Shown: positions 58,013 through 64,000 of the stretch, one piece after another
Position numbering within the stretch: the stretch's first letter is position 1
Layout: each line of letters starts with the position of its first letter
Sequence record: LC765218.1
Direction: 5' to 3' (one strand)
Length of the DNA stretch: 64,000 nucleotides
The notes under the pieces: model-generated
What the model saw: only the letters and a program-made list of their open reading frames with translations
Database searches by the model: none
What the model was told of the DNA's origin: nothing
Position numbers and translations under genes: made by a program

Positions 58013-58441
58013 ATGAATATCGCAATCAACGCAATTGTAGCTGTAAGTGTAATCGCTTTCCTGGCCTACATGGCTTATGCAATTTACATGCACCGTCAAC
58101 ATGAGCTAGCTAAAGGGATCAAATCGGATATCTGGCGCTGGCACATGAAAACTATGGATAACATGATCGGTAAGATGGAGAACATTCTCAGGTACTCTAG
58201 TTTGAAGAGTAGTTTCGTAGCCGGTGAACGTCAGTTTGTTGAAGTTATTCGCGAATATCGTATTAAGTCGATCGCTAATACCGAAAGTAAACTTCGTCAA
58301 GCTGGACTCGTGAGTGGTCTGTGTAATGAAGTAAGTAATCACAACGAACATGTGGCCGACGATGTAATTGATCGTGTTCTCGGTCATTTCATCACCGATC
58401 AGAATCTGCTTCAGCGCATCGCTCGTAAGTCCGTAGTCTAA
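58013..58441 (+). CDS. N-terminally membrane-anchored early protein
   Basis: 142 aa; residues 3-25 are hydrophobic; AAGGA SD. Confidence 0.7.
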   Translation: MNIAINAIVAVSVIAFLAYMAYAIYMHRQHELAKGIKSDIWRWHMKTMDNMIGKMENILRYSSLKSSFVAGERQFVEVIREYRIKSIANTESKLRQAGLVSGLCNEVSNHNEHVADDVIDRVLGHFITDQNLLQRIARKSVV

Positions 58442-58459
58442 AGACTACATTCAAACCAA

Positions 58460-58483
58460 TTTAAAGGCTATATTACAAGTGTG
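58460..58483 (+). promoter_or_regulatory. Early promoter
   Basis: TTTAAAGGC-TATATTAC-AAGTGTG. Confidence 0.75.
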
Positions 58484-58512
58484 ATATTAGTCAACAGATC
58501 AAGGAGATCAAC

Positions 58513-58617
58513 ATGGGACTCGCACGCTTCTGTGTAAAACTCGCTGCATGCATCATCGTTGTTAATGCTGCCTGTTGGGCAGTTGATGAAGTATTCAATG
58601 CTGCTCAAGGAGAATAA
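58513..58617 (+). CDS. Single-TM micro-protein (34 aa, not in track)
   Basis: MGLARFCVKLAACIIVVNAACWAVDEVFNAAQGE*; AAGGAG SD, first gene after the promoter. Confidence 0.55.
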   Translation: MGLARFCVKLAACIIVVNAACWAVDEVFNAAQGE

Positions 58618-58619
58618 AC

Positions 58620-58715
58620 ATGAACACTCTCGTAAAAACTGTATTTGTCGTAACTGTCGGTATCCTGGCAATGAATATTGCTGGTACTCTTTACGATGAA
58701 GTAGTGGGTGCATGA
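58620..58715 (+). CDS. Single-TM micro-protein (31 aa, not in track)
   Basis: MNTLVKTVFVVTVGILAMNIAGTLYDEVVGA*; AAGGAG SD; ATGA overlap with the next gene. Confidence 0.55.
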   Translation: MNTLVKTVFVVTVGILAMNIAGTLYDEVVGA

Positions 58716-59041
58716 AAACCCGCTATGTTGTTGGTGCCGTTGCATTAGGTATAATTATATCCGGTTTTGCTGGTGCAGCTTATCTAATGCAAAGGCATAT
58801 CGACATGGTTAATAAAGTCGTAGCTAAGGCCGGTAAGGTCGTTGAAAGCTATCACCATGTCTTGCTCCGTAGGAGTCAGTACCTCTTTGGTGATCCAGAG
58901 AGACGCTACGCGATGCTACGTAAAGCATGTTGGGAAGAGGTTCGTGAGATCCTAGATCAGGAATACGAGCCAATCCGAAAGACTGCTGAACCGCGTGTCG
59001 ATCATTATATCAAACAGGTCATCTATCGAGACCTACCTTAA
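58712..59041 (+). CDS. N-terminally membrane-anchored early protein
   Basis: 109 aa with N-terminal TM. Confidence 0.65.
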   Translation: MKTRYVVGAVALGIIISGFAGAAYLMQRHIDMVNKVVAKAGKVVESYHHVLLRRSQYLFGDPERRYAMLRKACWEEVREILDQEYEPIRKTAEPRVDHYIKQVIYRDLP

Positions 59042-59056
59042 AAAGGGAACTCCATC

Positions 59057-59254
59057 ATGAAAAAGATTCTGGTTGTTACTGGTGCTCTGGCTGCCGTTAT
59101 CGCTCTCGGTACAGCTGCATGTAAGCTGTATGAAACTCTGAACGACAACGTTGTCGAACCAACTGGCGATGATGCATCCACGGATACCGCAGCTGAATCT
59201 CCTGTTCAAGAACAGGATACCTCTGCTCCGGCTGAAGAAACAACTGCTCAATAA
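59057..59254 (+). CDS. Small membrane-anchored or putative lipoprotein
   Basis: MKKILVVTGALAAVIALGTAAC, then an acidic tail. Confidence 0.6.
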   Translation: MKKILVVTGALAAVIALGTAACKLYETLNDNVVEPTGDDASTDTAAESPVQEQDTSAPAEETTAQ

Positions 59255-59280
59255 CCCCATCTGCAAATAAGGAAAGTAAC

Positions 59281-59562
59281 ATGTTCGGTAATTTTGTAAA
59301 AGGTCTGGGTTGTGTTGTAGTCGGCGGTGTAATCTCGATGATCGCCATTACATGGACCGACGAGAACACAGCAGAAGAAGTCATGCAGAAACTGCGTGAC
59401 GCCAATGATCGAATCCCGCCGGATTACGATCTCGATAAACGTAAAGAAGAACTGTCCGATCTGGCAGAACGCCTGATCCATGAAGCAGAAGAACGTATTC
59501 TGCTGACGGCAACTCTGCGCGAACTGCGTGAGGAGGTTGTCAAGTTCCTGCGTAAACTGTAA
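59281..59562 (+). CDS. N-terminally membrane-anchored early protein
   Basis: 93 aa; TM followed by a coiled coil; AAGGA SD. Confidence 0.65.
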   Translation: MFGNFVKGLGCVVVGGVISMIAITWTDENTAEEVMQKLRDANDRIPPDYDLDKRKEELSDLAERLIHEAEERILLTATLRELREEVVKFLRKL

Positions 59563-59563
59563 T

Positions 59564-59594
59564 AAGAAGGGCTCTTCGGAGCCCTTTCTTTTTA
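59564..59594 (+). terminator. Intrinsic terminator
   Basis: AAGAAGGGCTC-TTCG-GAGCCCTTTCTT-TTTAT. Confidence 0.85.
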
Positions 59595-59621
59595 TCATAT
59601 TCGAATGTACATTTAAGTCTT

Positions 59622-59645
59622 TTTAAAACGTATATTACAAATGTG
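59622..59645 (+). promoter_or_regulatory. Early promoter
   Basis: TTTAAAACG-TATATTAC-AAATGTG. Confidence 0.75.
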
Positions 59646-59677
59646 ATAATACCCCTATCTAGAGAAGGAAACTCAAC

Positions 59678-59833
59678 ATGAAAGCTATCGTAATGGTTCT
59701 GGTTGGTATGGTTCTCGGTGCAGCTGTTGTTTACGGCGGTTCCTATGAAGCTCCGAAAGTTGAAAAAGAATCCGAGGTTATTCTCGGTCATCGTATCGGT
59801 CCCAATGGCCAAGAAATGCTCGTAACTAAATAA
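59678..59833 (+). CDS. Small N-terminal TM protein (51 aa, not in track)
   Basis: MKAIVMVLVGMVLGAAVVYGG...LVTK*; AAGGA SD. Confidence 0.6.
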   Translation: MKAIVMVLVGMVLGAAVVYGGSYEAPKVEKESEVILGHRIGPNGQEMLVTK

Positions 59834-59843
59834 GGAGATAAAA

Positions 59844-60185
59844 ATGGAAAAGTCCGTAGCAGTTAAAGTAATCGACAACATGTGCCGTCCGAATATCGTT
59901 GCTCGCATGAATGGTAAACTGGTCTACCATGCGCGTAACGTAGAAATAGTGGAAGGTAAGGATCTATGGCCAAATCGCACTGACGTAGATGATGTTCGTG
60001 TACTGGTCGGTGAAACCTTCCGTAACGGTGAATGGGTATCCCTGCGCAGTTCTAGCCTGGTTAAAGTAGACACTGTTGCTGGTGTATACGAAACCCTCAA
60101 CTCTGTTTACCTTGCTCCGGATCTTCTGGGAAGTCTCTCGGTTGGTCCCGACGTCTTCAATTCGGATGCCACTCTGAAAGGGTAA
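59844..60185 (+). CDS. Hypothetical early protein (beta-rich, soluble)
   Basis: 113 aa with AAGGAG SD. Confidence 0.7.
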   Translation: MEKSVAVKVIDNMCRPNIVARMNGKLVYHARNVEIVEGKDLWPNRTDVDDVRVLVGETFRNGEWVSLRSSSLVKVDTVAGVYETLNSVYLAPDLLGSLSVGPDVFNSDATLKG

Positions 60186-60190
60186 TAGTC

Positions 60191-60343
60191 ATGGACTTCA
60201 TTAAAGAAAATGCACTCAGCTTGGGTCTCATCGCCGTAGCCGTTGTCGGCTTCGTCGGCGTTGCTGCTTACCATAACAACTGGATGGAAGAGCGTCGTAA
60301 GACCAAGGACGAAACTGCAAAACCAAAAGCTGAACTGCGTTAA
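60191..60343 (+). CDS. Small N-terminal TM protein (50 aa, not in track)
   Basis: MDFIKENALSLGLIAVAVVGFVGVAAY...AELR*. Confidence 0.55.
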   Translation: MDFIKENALSLGLIAVAVVGFVGVAAYHNNWMEERRKTKDETAKPKAELR

Positions 60344-60381
60344 TCCATTCTCACTTCAAATTCGAAAATAGGAATATACAA

Positions 60382-60705
60382 ATGAATCAAGTCCTCAAAG
60401 AAATGGCAATTGGTCTTGGCGTTGCCCTGACTGTCGCTGGTGTCATGATCGGTACTGATATCGTGGCTAAGAGTCTGAACGATAAGATTCTTTTCGCTGA
60501 TTTCAGTAAGCGGTTGGACGTACTGATCCAAGAAGCACGTAAAGCTGCGATCGAGAATGATACCGCTGCTCGTCTGCGTTTCTCTCAGGGCCTGTTGAGT
60601 CTCCGCATTAAAATGGCTATTGAAATGCGTGATCGTGACGGTGAGTACAAAGCTGCATTCGATGTACGCATCGATGAATTCAAATCCGAAATGGGTTGGG
60701 GGTAA
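60382..60705 (+). CDS. N-terminally membrane-anchored early protein
   Basis: 107 aa with TM at residues 8-25. Confidence 0.65.
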   Translation: MNQVLKEMAIGLGVALTVAGVMIGTDIVAKSLNDKILFADFSKRLDVLIQEARKAAIENDTAARLRFSQGLLSLRIKMAIEMRDRDGEYKAAFDVRIDEFKSEMGWG

Positions 60706-60709
60706 TAGG

Positions 60710-61096
60710 ATGGAAACCTACGTTAAATACGGTCTCATTGCATTGGCGGTTAGTGCAACCGCCGTTGCTGCTATCCTCGCCGTAAAAGCAACCACCAAGG
60801 AAGAAGGGCGAACTGTAGCGGAACAGATCGAAAGCAGTATCTCTGATATTCTTATCGATAAGATCTCGGCCTACCGTAATAGTGATCAACATCGCAAGTT
60901 GGTGAATCGGCTCAGGCGTGATCGTGAACTGGATGTCGCAGAGTTCATTTCGCGTATCCAGCTGGACATCGCTCTGAACGTTCTTCCGGAGGTAGAAGTA
61001 CTTCTGGAATCTCATCGTGATCAGCTGACCGAGGAAGAGTTTGGTCGGCTGGTTGCAAATCTCCAACATTTCGTACAACGGATCATCGCTAAGTGA
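60710..61096 (+). CDS. N-terminally membrane-anchored early protein
   Basis: ATG 60710 with AGGA SD (track start 60620); TM YGLIALAVSATAVAAILAV. Confidence 0.65.
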   Translation: METYVKYGLIALAVSATAVAAILAVKATTKEEGRTVAEQIESSISDILIDKISAYRNSDQHRKLVNRLRRDRELDVAEFISRIQLDIALNVLPEVEVLLESHRDQLTEEEFGRLVANLQHFVQRIIAK

Positions 61097-61269
61097 AAAC
61101 CAAAATAGGTGTAGGTTTTCTTGCAGTTCTGATGGGACTCGCTGCTGCTTGCGGTGAGTTCTATTATGAACTGACCAAACCCGAAGGTAAGGTTTCGAAG
61201 GAATGGTGTCAAGATCCGGCTAAACCGAAATGTACTATGTTTGCATTCACTGTAAATGAGGATAAATAA
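61093..61269 (+). CDS. Putative small lipoprotein (58 aa, not in track)
   Basis: GTG start overlapping the upstream stop; MKTKIGVGFLAVLMGLAAA|CG; additional Cys pair CQDPAKPKC. Confidence 0.5.
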   Translation: MKTKIGVGFLAVLMGLAAACGEFYYELTKPEGKVSKEWCQDPAKPKCTMFAFTVNEDK

Positions 61270-61872
61270 ATGGATAGTCGTCTGTCGAAAGTCTTCCAAA
61301 ACGTGGACCATGTGTTCACCCAAGAGCAGACCAATGAACTGGTCAATCGTCGTAATGAAGACATGATGTTGACCGTAAAGGTTGACGCTATGCTGGCGTT
61401 GATCAAAAACGATGCAGTTAAGTTCAAAGATCTGGAAACGTTGATCATTAATGATGCAATCGATTTCATTACAGCTGAACGTGCATCTGATATCGCACTG
61501 GGCCTTTTCAACAAAATGGTTTACCAGGATGTTGGACCAGATGCAGTCGGCTTGTTGGAATATGCCAAAGCCGCCGAGTACATGTGCACGCACGTGGATG
61601 AATCCTGTGCATGGGTCAATACGTACCGTGATAAGCTGAAGTCTTTCATGGTCACTTTCACCTCTCAGTGCATTGGCAATGCTTTGGTTCGTTCTGAGCT
61701 GAGAACTCTTCAGGCTCAAAACTACAACATCGCCAAGCAAAACTTTCGCAACATGAGTAAACCTGCCCCTGAAGGCACCGTAAAGGAACTGGCTGCAAAA
61801 TACGGTAAGTCCATTTCGGAGATCCGCCGTATGAAAGCTGAAGGTCGTCTTGGGGAACTGACCCAGGAATAA
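61270..61872 (+). CDS. Hypothetical protein with C-terminal HTH-like motif
   Basis: 200 aa ending in TVKELAAKYGKSISEIRRMKAEG. Confidence 0.65.
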   Translation: MDSRLSKVFQNVDHVFTQEQTNELVNRRNEDMMLTVKVDAMLALIKNDAVKFKDLETLIINDAIDFITAERASDIALGLFNKMVYQDVGPDAVGLLEYAKAAEYMCTHVDESCAWVNTYRDKLKSFMVTFTSQCIGNALVRSELRTLQAQNYNIAKQNFRNMSKPAPEGTVKELAAKYGKSISEIRRMKAEGRLGELTQE

Positions 61873-61873
61873 T

Positions 61874-61900
61874 AGATGGGTCTCTTCGGAGACCCCATCT
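61874..61900 (+). terminator. Hairpin terminator
   Basis: AGATGGGTCTC-TTCG-GAGACCCCATCT. Confidence 0.7.
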
Positions 61901-61967
61901 CAATGTGTCTTGGAAAGGATGCATTGAGATGTACTCAACTAAACCCAAATGTAAAAAGGAAATTACC

Positions 61968-63095
61968 ATGAAACAATATCGCGAACCCACCACCCGGCTG
62001 ACCAAAGAAAAACTGGAATGGGTTATCGAACGTCGCAAGGAACGTAAAGCCGAGAGCCCCTTCGGCCGCGCTCATTTCCCTGCTGGTACCCGTGCAATCT
62101 TCGAGTCCTGTTCTCTCCGTTTCCTGGACGAAAATGAACGCGTGTATCCCGGTCAGCGTTATGAAACCTTCGAAGCTACCGTTCTTGGTATCGTGGCCAA
62201 TGGTCATGACAGCTATGTCGCTGTTCTGGATAAACCCTGCAACTTGATCGAAGGACGCAAGTACAGCATCAACATTAGCTGGTGTAAAAAGATCCTCGAA
62301 CGTGGCGAAGGTAACTTCACCTGGTTCAAAGAAGAACCGACTGAGTACGATCGTGCGCATGGTTGGAACATCCGTGAGAAACATCCGACTGTTCGTTGGG
62401 TAGAAGGTCCTCGCCCTACTAAGGTTCGCAACCTGACCTGGGCTGAGGAGTTCGACTACCATCGTCATACCGATCCGGTCTACGTCGAGATTAACAAACA
62501 CCACAACCAGTACTTCATCACTGACATGCGTACGTTCGTGATGTTCGCTCTCCAAGAGCATCCTGCATATACCAACCCTTCGAAGGATCATCTGTACGAT
62601 CTGGAGAAACTGGTAGCAGCGATGTATGCTGATCCGACTATCAAGGCAGCTGAAGTAAAACTGTCTCGTTATTTCGGTAGCTGGTTGATCAGCAAGAAGA
62701 AGTTCCATAAAGTCCTGCAACGCCTGCTGCCGTTCTACAAGACTTCTCGTCGTAAGGCGCAGGAAGAAGATAACAAAGCAATGTCCGAAATGTACGAAAA
62801 AGAAATGGAACGTGACTTCGATGAAATGTATGGAGAGTCTTCGGATTCTTCTGATGAATCGTGCTACTCCATGGAAGACTCGTACTACGACTCTGGTTTG
62901 GATGACGACATCGATATGATTAACATGAATGACATGTTCGAAGACTCGGCATGTTCTCGTGAAATCAGTGATGACGTTCAACCCAAAACCATCGGTGAAC
63001 TCCTGCGTGAAGCAATGGAAGAACCCGACGAAGATAAATCCAAACTGGTTATCAGCAGCATGGAAACTCTCTCGGAAGCGGTTGTTATCAAATAA
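61968..63095 (+). CDS. Hypothetical early protein with acidic C-terminal region
   Basis: ATG 61968 with AAGGA SD (track start 61905 overlaps the terminator region); host-like codon usage. Confidence 0.75.
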   Translation: MKQYREPTTRLTKEKLEWVIERRKERKAESPFGRAHFPAGTRAIFESCSLRFLDENERVYPGQRYETFEATVLGIVANGHDSYVAVLDKPCNLIEGRKYSINISWCKKILERGEGNFTWFKEEPTEYDRAHGWNIREKHPTVRWVEGPRPTKVRNLTWAEEFDYHRHTDPVYVEINKHHNQYFITDMRTFVMFALQEHPAYTNPSKDHLYDLEKLVAAMYADPTIKAAEVKLSRYFGSWLISKKKFHKVLQRLLPFYKTSRRKAQEEDNKAMSEMYEKEMERDFDEMYGESSDSSDESCYSMEDSYYDSGLDDDIDMINMNDMFEDSACSREISDDVQPKTIGELLREAMEEPDEDKSKLVISSMETLSEAVVIK

Positions 63096-63128
63096 TTCGT
63101 TCCTAAGAACTTTCAATAAGGAATAGGC

Positions 63129-63269
63129 ATGCTCTGGAAAATCACGTGTTACAATGGTACTGTCTGGGAGGCTCCCTCTCAAATGGGAATCGAAGAGGCA
63201 CTTCAAAAGTTCTATCGTGACACTGAATTGTCGCAGTGGGATATTGTCAAAATAGAAAACATGCATTAA
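63129..63269 (+). CDS. Small hypothetical protein (46 aa, not in track)
   Basis: MLWKITCYNG...IENMH*; AGG SD; fills the gap between genes. Confidence 0.45.
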   Translation: MLWKITCYNGTVWEAPSQMGIEEALQKFYRDTELSQWDIVKIENMH

Positions 63270-63278
63270 GGAGTAATT

Positions 63279-63911
63279 ATGGACGTCGTTCAAGCAGTTC
63301 TGGTAATGGTTGCCCTTAAAGAACAGGCCGTCAAAGGCGTTGTTCGCGTTGCATTGACTCACCCCCGTGCAGCTAACTGGGTAAAGGTCGAAGATCGACT
63401 GATTCCTGACTATACTTCCAAGATCACTCACATCGAAGTTCCGCTTCACGATGTGCTGATCATGGGTAATGTCAATGCCGGTGGCAAATACGAACGCTGC
63501 GTCATGCGTAACAATGCAAACTGGTATGATATCATCATCCTGAAAAACGGTGTACCGACTGTGGAAGGTTGGATGCATCAGCGCAATACGGCGGACATGA
63601 CTGTCCAGTCCATGGGTACTGTAGCAGAGTGGTCCAAACCCGCTACTGCTGCCATGCCTAATCCGACCAAGATCTTCTTCCATCTGGTAACTGTAATGGA
63701 TACCAATGGTCGTGTCTGGGCGGTGGTGATCGAAGCTCGTGGCATTCCGGTAACTCAGGAAAACGTGAAAGATAAACTGGCCATGGGTATGTTCTTCGAG
63801 AGTGAAGAACATGCCCGTGAGTACATCAGCGATCGAGTAATGTTCTTCAGTGAGGTCTCTCCGACCAAACCGAAATGCAATGCATTGACCTATGCTCATG
63901 TAGCTGCGTGA
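63279..63911 (+). CDS. Hypothetical early protein
   Basis: 210 aa with AAGGAG SD. Confidence 0.75.
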   Translation: MDVVQAVLVMVALKEQAVKGVVRVALTHPRAANWVKVEDRLIPDYTSKITHIEVPLHDVLIMGNVNAGGKYERCVMRNNANWYDIIILKNGVPTVEGWMHQRNTADMTVQSMGTVAEWSKPATAAMPNPTKIFFHLVTVMDTNGRVWAVVIEARGIPVTQENVKDKLAMGMFFESEEHAREYISDRVMFFSEVSPTKPKCNALTYAHVAA

Positions 63912-63915
63912 TAAC

Positions 63916-63950
63916 AGGGGACCTTCGGGTCCCCTTTTTTATTTTTTATG
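63916..63950 (+). terminator. Intrinsic terminator
   Basis: AGGGGACC-TTCG-GGTCCCCT-TTTTTATTTTTT. Confidence 0.9.
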
Positions 63951-64000
63951 TCGTAATTTTTTATTTAGTAATAAACCCATAAACCGCAAAAAGGAAATTA

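Noticed and set aside
61935-63899. 654-codon antisense ORF spanning three early genes
   Set aside because: It is exactly in register with all three sense ORFs (61968, 63129, 63279 share one frame). Avoidance of TTA, CTA and TCA in the sense genes explains it, and the translation shows no protein-like features or SD. Strand-specific Ribo-seq would settle it.
1-64000. tRNA, rRNA, CRISPR arrays, IS elements or inteins
   Set aside because: No cloverleaf, regularly spaced direct repeats, transposase or intein (C...HN) signatures were recognised by eye. tRNAscan-SE and Infernal were not run.

Overview
This window is a segment of a phiKZ-like, nucleus-forming jumbo phage genome (Chimalliviridae-type). 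No rRNA, tRNA, CRISPR array or mobile element was recognised. 1-17.8 kb: the conserved nucleus/transcription block, with non-virion RNA polymerase subunits (beta' N-part, 5'-truncated; sigma-like gp68-type subunit; beta C-part; beta' C-part), SbcD nuclease, ChmC-like and PicA/Imp1-like genes, and an SF2 helicase. 17.8-19.4 kb: an island of small membrane proteins. 19.4-36.9 kb: tail/baseplate genes, a virion RNAP beta' fragment and the exonuclease/motif-A half of a split family-B DNA polymerase. 37-51.5 kb: inner-head protein paralogues with protease-cleavable acidic propeptides. 51.6-56.6 kb: further virion genes. 56.6-64 kb: an early accessory region rich in small N-terminally membrane-anchored proteins, plus a macrodomain. 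Assignments to phiKZ gene numbers come from recalled motifs and synteny, not from database searches. The main candidates are two apparent -1 ribosomal frameshifts. One would make a lambda G/GT-like tail-assembly-chaperone fusion (21485->19423, minus strand). The other lies exactly in the helicase Walker A motif (G_GGA_AAG plus a hairpin, 16644-16692) and could instead be a sequencing error. Also notable: a NADAR-like gene coupled to the DNA polymerase and a DarG-like macrodomain (candidate anti-DarTG pair), terminators ending in the late-promoter core TATG, a structured leader before the largest head protein, and a probable head-protein polyprotein.
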